Virus record (IMG/VR): IMGVR_UViG_3300028178_000003
Span: 1 to 54,708 of that record
DNA length: 54,708 nt
Source of the DNA: a virus
Lineage: Duplodnaviria > Caudoviricetes
Direction: 5' to 3' (one strand)
Part shown: piece after piece, positions 18,738-28,779 of the stretch
Layout of the letters: every line of letters starts with the position of its first letter
Numbering within the stretch: the stretch's first letter is position 1
Position numbers and translations under genes: made by a program
Notes under the pieces: model-generated
Told to the model about the DNA's origin: nothing
Seen by the model: the letters and a program-made list of their open reading frames with translations, nothing else
Database searches by the model: none

Positions 18738-19928
18738 TTATGGGGCCTTTTTAATCGAATGTATTAAGGTACTCGCTACATTTGCCTCGGCCAACTTTTC
18801 TGCAGCGGCTACAACAGCATCTGCTGTTGTTTTTGCTGCTGAAAATTGGGCATATCTTTCTCTTATCTTATCAAGGTCAGTAATGGCTTGTGTTGTGTTA
18901 GTTTTTTCGCCTATCGACTTTTCAAGAGTCGACGAGATTTCTTTTTCTTTAATCGCAAACAATGCAGTTTCAGTCCGGTTTGCTATGGACTGAATCAGTT
19001 CATTTTGTTTAGCCGCTAAGGCATTAAGTCTTTCGTTGTAAAGAGCATCTTCATCGGAAGAAGCCGCTGCGACTCCAGATATTTCTTTGGCAATTGAGTC
19101 AACTTGCATCTTTGCAAGATCGACTCTTTTCTCTATGACGGAAAGATCCGAACGCTCGGCTTCAGTTCTGGCCTTGGCGATATCAAGTTCTGATTCGGCC
19201 ATTACAGCTTTTGCAATTTGGTTTTCAGTCTGCTGGATATCAAGATTTGTTCTGGCCACCTTCATATCCACATCAATCAATTCGAGCCCAGCTTCAACGA
19301 TCTGAAGTTGAATCTTTGCTATTTCATTGCCGGCCTGAAGAATTGCGATTTCTTTTCTGGATTCTTCAAGTGCCTTTTCAACAAGTTGTAGGTCCTTTCC
19401 AGCAAGTTGGACCTCTTTCTCGGAAATCTCCACATTGACAAGTTCAAGGTTTGCTTTTTCTACCTGGATATACGCTTCAAGTTCAAGTATTCGGGCGGCG
19501 ATCCGCTTTATTTCCGAAGCGATTTTCACCCGGAGGGTCTCAAGAGCTGCACGGTCGGCGGCCAGTGCAGCGATCTTGGCGTCCCATTCATCGGCATCGG
19601 CATCTATCTTTTGAAGTTGAGTCGCCATCTTCCCATCATGGACCAGCGTTTCAATCCCGGAGATGTACCGCTTGGCGGAAATATCAGCCACCACCTTCTG
19701 TTCATCTACAGTAAGTTCGGCAACCTTGGCCGTATAATCTGACAGGATATTGGCCATGTCGATATCATATACGCCTTGCATGTAACCGTCGTCGTTCCTC
19801 CAACTATTTGAGTACAACCCGAAAATAATGGCCCGCTCTGCCTCCTGAACATCGTTATACGATCCGTAATACTCAAATGGAGACCAGATGGTTGACTGCC
19901 TTATTTGTGAGTTTTCAAAGGATGTCAT
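18738..19928 (-). CDS. Coiled-coil structural protein
   Basis: 396 aa, long heptad-rich A/E/K/L/I stretch. Confidence 0.7.
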   Translation of the reverse strand: MTSFENSQIRQSTIWSPFEYYGSYNDVQEAERAIIFGLYSNSWRNDDGYMQGVYDIDMANILSDYTAKVAELTVDEQKVVADISAKRYISGIETLVHDGKMATQLQKIDADADEWDAKIAALAADRAALETLRVKIASEIKRIAARILELEAYIQVEKANLELVNVEISEKEVQLAGKDLQLVEKALEESRKEIAILQAGNEIAKIQLQIVEAGLELIDVDMKVARTNLDIQQTENQIAKAVMAESELDIAKARTEAERSDLSVIEKRVDLAKMQVDSIAKEISGVAAASSDEDALYNERLNALAAKQNELIQSIANRTETALFAIKEKEISSTLEKSIGEKTNTTQAITDLDKIRERYAQFSAAKTTADAVVAAAEKLAEANVASTLIHSIKKAP

Positions 19929-19933
19929 TTTAG

Positions 19934-21532
19934 CTATCCTATTAAATGCGTGAGACTAGCTGAGACTTTTGATATCGCATCAAGTTCAGCTTTTTTTATA
20001 ATACTGTCAGCATGAACATTTGCAATCCCTGTCGTTATATAAACAGCATTACTAGCAAGATTTCCAGAACTTGAAACGTCCTGAGCCAAACGTGCATCAA
20101 CCGTCTCTGTTTTTAAGTTCACCCACATTGACTGCGTCTGACTCTCTTGATCCATAATGCTACGGTGACTGTCATTTTCTGAAACCGTAGCAGACACGAG
20201 GTTTCCCGTTTCCAGTTTCTTTAATAAAAACTCGTACTCCCTCTGGGTATTGGAGAAAGCAAGTTTAGCATCCAAAAGTAAAAGCCGTTTTTCTTCTTCA
20301 TCAATCTGTGATCCAACAATTAAAACCTGTTTTTCAGCCTTTTGAACCATGATTTCAGAATCAAGAACCTTTTGGGCCATTATCAGAACTTCATTTTCAA
20401 TTTGCGCCCGTGTAACCACGACAAGTTCTTCTGTTTTGGAAATCAATTCTTGAGTAACTGGCAGTAGGTCATCTCTTTTTTTGTCAGCAATTTCAGATTC
20501 AATGCCCACCAGGTCCGAAAGATACTCGATCTTTTCAGTTTCGCTGGCCACCAAGATTCTTTCTTTTTCGATAATGGCCCGTTCAGCGGTAATAATCTCG
20601 CGTTCAACATCAAGGATCTGCTGCAGGATCGGGATGACTTCAAGTTTCTTGTTCGCCGTCAGCAATTTCTGTTGTGCAAGCGTAACCTCATAATCCACCG
20701 AATCATCTTCAATCCCGGCAAGCTCGGCCTTGAGAGCCTCCGCCTGTAATTCAATGGATGTTTTAGCCACAAGAAGCGTAATCCCGCGCCTTGATACTTC
20801 TATGGCAAGTTGATCAAGAGACTGCTCCTTTGCAGCCATGCCCTGTTTAATCCAGGCAAGCTCCTTGTCCCAGTCGGATAGAAGCATCTGTTTATTTATT
20901 TCCCACGCCATCGCCGCATATTTATATGCGATACCGTAATCGATACCAGCCTGTTTCAAATCCCGTTCAATGGCTTCTTTCAGTATAGCATAACTGACTT
21001 CAGAAAGTTTTTGTTTTGTATCAACTTCAAGTCCGGTTTCGTATTCATACAAAAATCCAGGGGCCAGGAGAAAACCACGTCCAGCTACCATTGAAACCAG
21101 TTTCCGGCGCTCGTCAATGAAAAACTGGATGACTGGTTGTTTGTTTTTGAGCCATTGCGATCTTTCTAGTTCCGTCCTGGCTTCTGATGAACTCATCGGA
21201 ACAGAAGATGGTGGGTATGACCAAGGGACCGTTCCGATAAGAGATAGGCTATCGATCTTCTGCTCGATGGTAATCAGCTCGTTTTCAATGCTCGTTGCCG
21301 AAACAGAATACCGGTCAGTCGCGCTCAATGCACTTCCACCGTCACTGATAATAACGTATTCTTTCGTCGGGTCATGATTGATGAAGGCGTACCGATAAAA
21401 ACCTCCGCCTATCTCCGACATGGCAGCACTGATCACGACTGCATAACCCGTCAGGATCTCCCTTATCGTAACAACCGGGGAAAGTCCTGTTGCCGGTGCA
21501 CCCTGATTGGAAAAGTATGATGTTATGTCCAT
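19934..21532 (-). CDS. Coiled-coil structural protein with an N-terminal beta domain
   Basis: 532 aa; N-terminal PATGLSPVVTI...EIGGGFYRY beta module followed by heptad repeats. Confidence 0.7.
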   Translation of the reverse strand: MDITSYFSNQGAPATGLSPVVTIREILTGYAVVISAAMSEIGGGFYRYAFINHDPTKEYVIISDGGSALSATDRYSVSATSIENELITIEQKIDSLSLIGTVPWSYPPSSVPMSSSEARTELERSQWLKNKQPVIQFFIDERRKLVSMVAGRGFLLAPGFLYEYETGLEVDTKQKLSEVSYAILKEAIERDLKQAGIDYGIAYKYAAMAWEINKQMLLSDWDKELAWIKQGMAAKEQSLDQLAIEVSRRGITLLVAKTSIELQAEALKAELAGIEDDSVDYEVTLAQQKLLTANKKLEVIPILQQILDVEREIITAERAIIEKERILVASETEKIEYLSDLVGIESEIADKKRDDLLPVTQELISKTEELVVVTRAQIENEVLIMAQKVLDSEIMVQKAEKQVLIVGSQIDEEEKRLLLLDAKLAFSNTQREYEFLLKKLETGNLVSATVSENDSHRSIMDQESQTQSMWVNLKTETVDARLAQDVSSSGNLASNAVYITTGIANVHADSIIKKAELDAISKVSASLTHLIG

Positions 21533-21549
21533 GAATCCGCTTTCCCTTT

Positions 21550-23607
21550 CTATTTCGCCAGTACAACTGGATATAACTTAATAAAATCCAACTGATCGAA
21601 ATCTGTTACCGTCAATTTCCACTTCTTTCCCTTGATCGCCCGACTTGCATCAACTTCGCCGTCAGCATCAATTGAATAAACCTTTTTCGATCCGTCCTCA
21701 GTTTCCATCACCATCTTCGGCGTTGTACCTTCCACGCCTACGTACGCCTTCATAAACCGCTTTTGGTTTGGTATCCCGAATCTTGTCTCTGAAAGCTGGA
21801 CCCCGGTGTGAAATGCGACGCCAGCATCGGTATCCCCGGTCAATTCGTATATCCCGTCTGACTTGCACCCGTAAGCCCGATTCTCAAACACGCAGTATGA
21901 GTTAAAATTGAATCCGGAATAAACCGATGGGAGAAAACGCGGCGTGTTTAAAACGTAGCATTCCCAGGTCTCCCCATCCAATTCAACGGAGACATTCAGG
22001 TGCAAGGTGTCGTAGATGATATTGTATAGAATGCCTTGGCTTGACACTGTGTCTGCGAACGATAGGGACTCGGAGACGGGGATACACATTTTCAACCCAG
22101 GAATAACAGCGTCAGCAGCCACAAGACTTTCTGTGATCGAATTAACCAAAGCCCCTATCACGCTGGCAACATCAACGACACCGAGTGCATCTGACACCGC
22201 CTTGATAAATCCGAACTGAAGCGAATCCGCCGCGTCAATCGTATCAGAGACCGATTTGTTTAATATCCCAACGGCCGTTACAAGTTCGCCAAACCAAAGG
22301 TATTCAAGGACTTCAAGGATAAGCATCACGGAAGATGTGTCACCCAGGGCAACTGTGTCGGAAATGGATAGGTAAAGCGCAGGGTATGCCGCGTCATTCA
22401 GCATAAGCGATTCGGATATGGTCTTGGTTCCACTTTGGTTGACGGTAATCGCCTCTTTCGCCAACACATAATCGTGGATCATCAGACAAAGTTGTGCTGC
22501 AGCAGCGTCAGTGAGACCGAGTGCTTCTTGTACCGCAATAGTAAGCCCATTGATTACCGTATCTCGAATATAAAATGTGTCAGCAATGATGGGCAGTATA
22601 TAACAGTGCGTCAAGATATCCTCAGCAGCCAATGACTCGTTTATACTTTCTCTGAGGTAAATAACTGGATCATTGGATGAAAACGACTGGGCAGTTGATA
22701 TCTCCGGTATTACCAGAAGAACACCAATGGTCACTGATAAGGATTTCTGAACAGTTATTTCAGGAACTATAATGGCAGTACCAACAAAGAAACTAATGTC
22801 TGGTGAAAAAGACTCCTGGATTAAAATGTTTGGAATATTTACAGCTATACCTACGACAACTGACAAGGATTCTTGAGATAGTATTTCAGGAACAGCTATA
22901 ACTATGTTAGCCGAATTATCGTACTCAACCACAGGAGGGATAAAACTTTCCGTCCATCGGGCGACGCCTTTAGAAATCCTGAATTCATCGATATACCCGT
23001 TTAAAAATTCATCCCAATCAGAATACGCGCCAATAATTAACGGAACATCGGAATCATAAGAAAAATCATGGATGATAGATCGCGAAAGAGTACAGGAGAC
23101 GCCATCTATAAATATCATCGGAGCGCCGTCATAAAATACAAAGGCCAGATGATGCCAGGTATTGAGAGATAACCCGGGGAAATCCTCTCCGTAACAAGCA
23201 AAGTTCAGGGTACCGCTTCCATACACTTCATCCGGGACACACTCCCCATAAAAATAAATGCCCGAATCGGGATTGAATTCAATTCCCCACCCATTATATT
23301 CAGTTTCGTCAAACTTTCTGCACAGCATATACCAGTCATCAACTGCACCGGTCAGATATACCCAACAGTCCACCGTCCAGTCGCCATATCCCGGATACAA
23401 ATCCGCGGAATCCGGAATGCTCAGATAATCCGAAACTGACCCGGAAAGAAGCGATCCTCCGCCGAATTTGCTTTGCGCTGTGCTGACCTGGGCGTCTCCG
23501 TAAGCTGTCACGGTATGGGCGGAGGCACTGTCGTCCGTAAACGCAGTGCTTTCATCCGCGCCATCCATGTGCAGCAGCAATTTGGTATATGCGTCATTAC
23601 CTGGCAT
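21550..23607 (-). CDS. Tail protein with an N-terminal LamG/concanavalin A-like domain
   Basis: YTKLLLHMDG...AQSKFGGGS...WTVDCWVY...WHHLAFV...NGYIDEFRISKGVARW, followed by short beta repeats. Confidence 0.8.
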   Translation of the reverse strand: MPGNDAYTKLLLHMDGADESTAFTDDSASAHTVTAYGDAQVSTAQSKFGGGSLLSGSVSDYLSIPDSADLYPGYGDWTVDCWVYLTGAVDDWYMLCRKFDETEYNGWGIEFNPDSGIYFYGECVPDEVYGSGTLNFACYGEDFPGLSLNTWHHLAFVFYDGAPMIFIDGVSCTLSRSIIHDFSYDSDVPLIIGAYSDWDEFLNGYIDEFRISKGVARWTESFIPPVVEYDNSANIVIAVPEILSQESLSVVVGIAVNIPNILIQESFSPDISFFVGTAIIVPEITVQKSLSVTIGVLLVIPEISTAQSFSSNDPVIYLRESINESLAAEDILTHCYILPIIADTFYIRDTVINGLTIAVQEALGLTDAAAAQLCLMIHDYVLAKEAITVNQSGTKTISESLMLNDAAYPALYLSISDTVALGDTSSVMLILEVLEYLWFGELVTAVGILNKSVSDTIDAADSLQFGFIKAVSDALGVVDVASVIGALVNSITESLVAADAVIPGLKMCIPVSESLSFADTVSSQGILYNIIYDTLHLNVSVELDGETWECYVLNTPRFLPSVYSGFNFNSYCVFENRAYGCKSDGIYELTGDTDAGVAFHTGVQLSETRFGIPNQKRFMKAYVGVEGTTPKMVMETEDGSKKVYSIDADGEVDASRAIKGKKWKLTVTDFDQLDFIKLYPVVLAK

Positions 23608-23619
23608 ATCGTAGGATTC

Positions 23620-24051
23620 CTAAGTGGTTTTGCCGACCAATGTCCGAAGCTGGAAACTGGCCGTGTCGGGAATAGTGTAGTCCGTCCCGAAATCAATGCA
23701 GCAATACACCGTGTCATCACTGGTAGTGTCGTCATAGATGATAGCGGAGCCGGTCGGGCCAATCGAGCCTCCATCTGCGACCCATTCTACGTCGTCCCAA
23801 ACAGTTTTCCCGCAATCATCCGTATCGTCTTCAGTCGTTACCGGATTTGCGAGTGATTTGGAATCCTGCGTGTACCCATGACTAGTTGCAAGCTGATCTG
23901 CCGTGACATCGGCCAGAGTTGCATGGGAGTCCTTGTTGAAGGCAAACGTGGTATTCATCAGGATTACTTTGAATGCATCCGATGACATGTCCACATTGCC
24001 CTTGTCCTTCTGATATTTGAAATGGTTCGATACTGTTACTGTAATAGCCAT
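23620..24051 (-). CDS. Virion structural protein
   Basis: 143 aa with FKVIL...GYT...W.A.GGSIGP...AIIYDDT...CIDFG, a pattern typical of small phage tail proteins. Confidence 0.65.
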   Translation of the reverse strand: MAITVTVSNHFKYQKDKGNVDMSSDAFKVILMNTTFAFNKDSHATLADVTADQLATSHGYTQDSKSLANPVTTEDDTDDCGKTVWDDVEWVADGGSIGPTGSAIIYDDTTSDDTVYCCIDFGTDYTIPDTASFQLRTLVGKTT

Positions 24052-24075
24052 GGCAAAAATTCCTTTTTATTACCC

Positions 24076-26064
24076 CTATGGTTCTGGTGTCATCTTAACA
24101 ACGAAGCATTTAACGTGACCCCTGTTTTCAATGGGGATGTACTGAACAATTATTTCTGTGGTATAGGTTTCCGATATAGCGTTATACATTCCAGGCCCAA
24201 AGGTGATTTGCGTGAAGTTGGGCGGATATGTACCAGTCGCCCACCCCATGACTTTGTATGATGGTTCCATTATCGCCTCGGCGTGAAGTGGTGATGCCAT
24301 CCACCCGGCAACGATGTCCCCAAGAGGAACAGTATCAAGCGCAACGCAAATGACTTCCATCCCGACATAGGTCAGTGGGCTCCCATCAGGATTCTCGTGT
24401 TGGGCGACGCCATTTGCGACAAAGAAATTAATCTTTTCGATTGAAGCAGACATACACCACGGATCTTCTGTCAACAGTTCTGGATATCCCCGGACTGCAT
24501 TCATCATGGCAATCATGTCATTTCCAGTATTACTTGCCGTACGCTTTGCACTATAATATGCCCCCGTAACACCAACAGCAGAAGTATTCCCACCAGCAGA
24601 CCGGATCAATTCACAAATTGCTGTTTCAAGATTGGAACTTCGAACAGTGCTGGGAGGAGATATTGCACTTGGCCGTTTTTCACATTGGCCTGCGGTATTA
24701 ATTTGGTAACCATGGTACGTATAAAACTGGAAGCAGAAATCGTCTGAACAAACTGCCAGTTCACCACTTACACTTGGCCAATCTGATGATTTGGTTTGCG
24801 TATGTGGCAATGGCAAATATTTATCATAAACGGTGTACTCAAAATTAGTAGAGGCAAGAGGGTTTAAAATCCCTGATGTACGATATGTTTGCAAAACATC
24901 AATGGATGAAGATCCTCCTGAAAGGTAGTCTCCAAGGAAATTTATAACTCGTTCAAAGGAGTCAAAGTAGTCTCTTGAGTACGACACTGCGAAGTTTTTT
25001 AAGACATTTGCGATGTAATTATATTTGGTTGCACCTGTATAGAAACGATAGGCATGGCCATAAAGACTCGGCGGATAGTTACAATCTACTGAGTCGTAAA
25101 TAACAGAACCATCAGCATAAGACCCAGAATTAGCAGGAAGAACATCACTTGTATTTTCAATATAATCATAGTGGTGGCCGCCACGATCTTTATGCCCTGA
25201 ATATGTCCAACCTACACCACCAGGACAGACATAATGCCCCGCATTGTATCCTTCAGCATCTTCAGTTAATCCCAATGGCGTTTGATCATAAACCCAACCT
25301 TCAGAGCGAACATAAAGCGGGAGGGAAGATGAGATTATCCATCTCCCATAAATACTGGTCTGGACCACAAGATCGATGGTCTTTATCATGCAACCAGCGA
25401 CAGATTTAACCTTCGACCATATCCATGGATAGTATTCGCTATAAACATAGTCACCTGCCTTCACCAGTCCTGCTCCAAAATCCAACGAGTTCACGACGAA
25501 CATCTTTTGAGATTCGACAATTCGGGTAGGAGTTACTGTGAGGGAGGCAAATCGCTCGCCTTTCCAGTAAGCCATAATATCTTGCTGCAACTGAGTATCG
25601 AATGGGTACTGATCTTTTGTAATTAGGTTTTTAATACCAGACTGATACACAGACCAATAAGCGTCCTCTGCATAGTTATTTGACGCCATATCCCAAACGA
25701 AAAACCATACCGAGCCATACGCTGAAGCATAGATAAGAACCTGATCACCTCCAGAACACCGCTTAACCCCGTCATAACGACCAACCACATAATACTTCTG
25801 TCCCAGGACATCAGCCCCATTGATCCCTTTTAGAACCACAGCCGAATCACCCACAGTAAAAGCGCCAGCAGCACCCGTAAGCGCCCCATTCGATCTTGCA
25901 GCCGAATCAGGCTTGCAGTGATAAAAAATCGGGACTTTCGATAAAGTACCACACACCCCGGAGACATCGGCGGTGTCGTCGTCCGGGTAAAGTGCTGTGA
26001 TCGTGCCTTGCAGATAATCATACTCAACAAGCGCACCGGCATTTTCGTAGTTCAGAGTTGGCAT
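24076..26064 (-). CDS. Virion protein with a C-terminal CAP/SCP-like domain
   Basis: MNAVRG..L...QH...EVI...GWMASPLHAEAIM...YKVMG matches the CAP W(M)xSxxH motif. Confidence 0.6.
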   Translation of the reverse strand: MPTLNYENAGALVEYDYLQGTITALYPDDDTADVSGVCGTLSKVPIFYHCKPDSAARSNGALTGAAGAFTVGDSAVVLKGINGADVLGQKYYVVGRYDGVKRCSGGDQVLIYASAYGSVWFFVWDMASNNYAEDAYWSVYQSGIKNLITKDQYPFDTQLQQDIMAYWKGERFASLTVTPTRIVESQKMFVVNSLDFGAGLVKAGDYVYSEYYPWIWSKVKSVAGCMIKTIDLVVQTSIYGRWIISSSLPLYVRSEGWVYDQTPLGLTEDAEGYNAGHYVCPGGVGWTYSGHKDRGGHHYDYIENTSDVLPANSGSYADGSVIYDSVDCNYPPSLYGHAYRFYTGATKYNYIANVLKNFAVSYSRDYFDSFERVINFLGDYLSGGSSSIDVLQTYRTSGILNPLASTNFEYTVYDKYLPLPHTQTKSSDWPSVSGELAVCSDDFCFQFYTYHGYQINTAGQCEKRPSAISPPSTVRSSNLETAICELIRSAGGNTSAVGVTGAYYSAKRTASNTGNDMIAMMNAVRGYPELLTEDPWCMSASIEKINFFVANGVAQHENPDGSPLTYVGMEVICVALDTVPLGDIVAGWMASPLHAEAIMEPSYKVMGWATGTYPPNFTQITFGPGMYNAISETYTTEIIVQYIPIENRGHVKCFVVKMTPEP

Positions 26065-26073
26065 GAAGCAGCC

Positions 26074-26670
26074 TTAACTGGTCGTCAAACTCAAGGCATA
26101 GGTGATACCAAGGACATCCGCAATCTCCGTAGTCCGGGCAGTCGTGAACTTCTTGGCGCACATCAGTGTTCCGTCCACCGCTGTTTTTGCCTGTGTGGAA
26201 CTGGAACTGTAGGCCAGAAACGCCCCGTAAACCGTGATTGCTGCGGCCATGGTAAACTCAGCCTTGGAAGCCGCGTTCGTGCACCCGGCCGTTGAAGTCG
26301 ATGCGATGGTATAGACGGGCCTGTTCGTTGCCGGCGTGTAGTCGGCATCCTGGCATTCCTGATACGTGCCGGCCGCGCCCAATTTTGCAGCAGCAGTATC
26401 TCCAACCGCCGGACTGACGTTGCCCTTGAAGATTCCGACACAGGTAACAATGGCCGCGGCTTTTGCGACATTGCCAAAAACCACGTTGCAAATCTTGGCC
26501 ATACCTTCAGTCGTGAAAGTGTTATACCCGGATTGCGTATGGATCAGCTCACCCTTACGGTAGTGATCACAGGTGACAAACCCCTTGGCGACAAGATTCC
26601 CGTGAAGAATATCATCCAGGTTGTCAAAAACAGGAACAAGGATTGATGGTACTCTATGAATAATGTTCAT
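26074..26670 (-). CDS. Virion structural protein
   Basis: 198 aa, NTFTTEG...AEFT...TVYGAFL...GTL pattern; operon context. Confidence 0.65.
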   Translation of the reverse strand: MNIIHRVPSILVPVFDNLDDILHGNLVAKGFVTCDHYRKGELIHTQSGYNTFTTEGMAKICNVVFGNVAKAAAIVTCVGIFKGNVSPAVGDTAAAKLGAAGTYQECQDADYTPATNRPVYTIASTSTAGCTNAASKAEFTMAAAITVYGAFLAYSSSSTQAKTAVDGTLMCAKKFTTARTTEIADVLGITYALSLTTS

Positions 26671-26706
26671 GATAAAATTCCTTTTTAAAGCAGTATTGAA
26701 TTAAAT

Positions 26707-28044
26707 TCAGGGCACCAAAACCCCGTTACGATAAAGTTCACATGAAACTGTTTCCGACATCCCGACGCCGGACCCGATTGCATTTGACTTGAAACTTGAA
26801 ATATCAAACGCACCAGACTTTAAGGCAGCAATGGTGTCAGCATCGAAAAACCCCGCGCCAGATCCGCCCGTACCAACTTTTGCGCTGGTTAAGAATTGAA
26901 TGGCACCTCCAAGGTTCCGGTAAAGAGAAGCCCCGCGCTCCGGGATTCCAAAGACGAGTTTGTTTTTTGTGAGATTAAACAGCCTTCCAGAAGCATTCCC
27001 GGCCACAATGCCCTCAGTTGTGCGCCATACCGGAACATCGACATATCCCTTTTCAGGTGAGCCCAGGATATCCCCCATTTCTGGCAAGTTGTTGCAGTAG
27101 GCCAGTGTCCCGGACACACTTCCGGCCCCGGCGTCTGATTGCTGCATTTTTTCCGGCTCAGTCCCAGAGAGAAACCGGGTCTTGTCCTTCATCCCGACAA
27201 AAATCCCGGTCGGGACTTTGGCGATTACGGTCACTTCAGAATCAAATTCAAATCTGTTGGCCGATAACCGAAACCACCCAAACTTAAACGGTTGGCTGTA
27301 ATAGACGGTTTTTCCGGATGATCCCCAGATGCGCCCGAATGCATAACAAAGGTTAGAGAGAAACGGTGGCGGAGAACACATCAGGGACGGACACGGTTCA
27401 ACGGTAGGAATAGAGACAATCTTACTGGCTGCGCCTATCCGGTAAAAAATGAATTCGTTGGCATCCGTACACCAGACTTCGGACCCAGACGGACGATTGA
27501 GAATCTGGATTCCGCCAGTTTCTGTCAACTCTATCGAAGTGATGGGACCGGTCCCGGAAATTTCGTCGCCATTAGATGACGTCATGGCCACGTTATAGGC
27601 CCCAGGAGGAAGGGAGCCGGAACCGGTCAGCAACATCGGACCTGACGGGGGAAGGATACCCCAATCCGATATTGTGTTCGTTGTCGGGTTGAAAACACCT
27701 TTGCAATATTGGTTGGAAAAATAGACCTTATCTTCAGCCTCGACGTAATCAAACGATGCGCCTTTATCATCAAGTGCCGATACCGAGACCTTGGTCGGAG
27801 GCGTGAACCTGTAAAGTGTTCCGTTATCAACAAACAGGGTACAACTTAATCCTGACCATAGACTATGTGCCTTAGTCAGGGCGAGAATCTTTATCTGACC
27901 ATCTCGTGCAATAAGACTTTGTGTAATGCCAACGTCAGCATTTAAAATGATCTTTGGCTCCGCTACACCTTCAGCAGAGAAAAAGTTCTCATTCCGTTTG
28001 ACGTTATTCATACCCGAGAAAGCGTTTATTGAAATTTCAGACAT
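26707..28044 (-). CDS. Putative tail tubular/nozzle (beta-propeller-like) protein
   Basis: FSGMNN...NAD N-terminus and GRIW...YYSQP motif; lies directly after the adaptor gene. Confidence 0.55.
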   Translation of the reverse strand: MSEISINAFSGMNNVKRNENFFSAEGVAEPKIILNADVGITQSLIARDGQIKILALTKAHSLWSGLSCTLFVDNGTLYRFTPPTKVSVSALDDKGASFDYVEAEDKVYFSNQYCKGVFNPTTNTISDWGILPPSGPMLLTGSGSLPPGAYNVAMTSSNGDEISGTGPITSIELTETGGIQILNRPSGSEVWCTDANEFIFYRIGAASKIVSIPTVEPCPSLMCSPPPFLSNLCYAFGRIWGSSGKTVYYSQPFKFGWFRLSANRFEFDSEVTVIAKVPTGIFVGMKDKTRFLSGTEPEKMQQSDAGAGSVSGTLAYCNNLPEMGDILGSPEKGYVDVPVWRTTEGIVAGNASGRLFNLTKNKLVFGIPERGASLYRNLGGAIQFLTSAKVGTGGSGAGFFDADTIAALKSGAFDISSFKSNAIGSGVGMSETVSCELYRNGVLVP

Positions 28045-28700
28045 TATACCCAGTCCGATCGTCTAATAGGCGTAGGTCTAGATTGACCTGTTCTAAAGTA
28101 TATACCTAATTCAGTTATAGCCGCATCAAATAATTTATAATACTTTGTGGTATTTATCTGTACACCATCTATACCGTCCTCTTTTTCACTGTAAGTTTTA
28201 AAACACGCAAAATTTGCCAAAAGATCGTAGTGTAAAAATTCAGGCAAAATACTCGGTTCAACTGAATCTACTGTTAATAAAGTCGGTTTTTTATAAAAAG
28301 CACACAAAAGTGGTGTAACTACAGTAGGTACCCGGTAATAAATAAACTGTGTACGCGTAGCCGTACAAGCTTCTATTTCACCGGTGTTTACACTAAAATC
28401 AAAATCAGAATATTGGCCAGAGAGTAAAATGGCCGACGAGAATACTTTAACTTTTCGTTTATCCGCGACTGTACTACACATATATAAATTACGATCAAAA
28501 TTCCATGCGACTGGTATATCTACTGAATACGCAGTTATAGATGTCAATATATCACCAGTACTCATTAAATCCGGTAATAATACAAGACTCGCGCATCGCT
28601 GAAGACCTTCGTTAATAAAACTATCGATAATTTCATCAATATATAAGTCGTCTTGTACGTTTCGTATAACGCGATCTCTAATTTCTTTGAGTGTTGCCAT
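28044..28700 (-). CDS. Putative head-tail adaptor protein
   Basis: MATLKEIRDRV...FINEG...LPEFLH pattern; first gene after the major capsid. Confidence 0.6.
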   Translation of the reverse strand: MATLKEIRDRVIRNVQDDLYIDEIIDSFINEGLQRCASLVLLPDLMSTGDILTSITAYSVDIPVAWNFDRNLYMCSTVADKRKVKVFSSAILLSGQYSDFDFSVNTGEIEACTATRTQFIYYRVPTVVTPLLCAFYKKPTLLTVDSVEPSILPEFLHYDLLANFACFKTYSEKEDGIDGVQINTTKYYKLFDAAITELGIYFRTGQSRPTPIRRSDWV

Positions 28701-28728
28701 AAGACACCTTTTGTTAGATGTGGTTTCA

Positions 28729-28760
28729 GCAAAACCCGTCTACTAAAGAGCAGACGGGTT
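28729..28760 (-). terminator. Intrinsic terminator after the major capsid gene
   Basis: AACCCGTCT...AGACGGGTT stem with a short T-run on the minus strand. Confidence 0.55.
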
Positions 28761-28779
28761 ATACTTGAAACAACATCGA

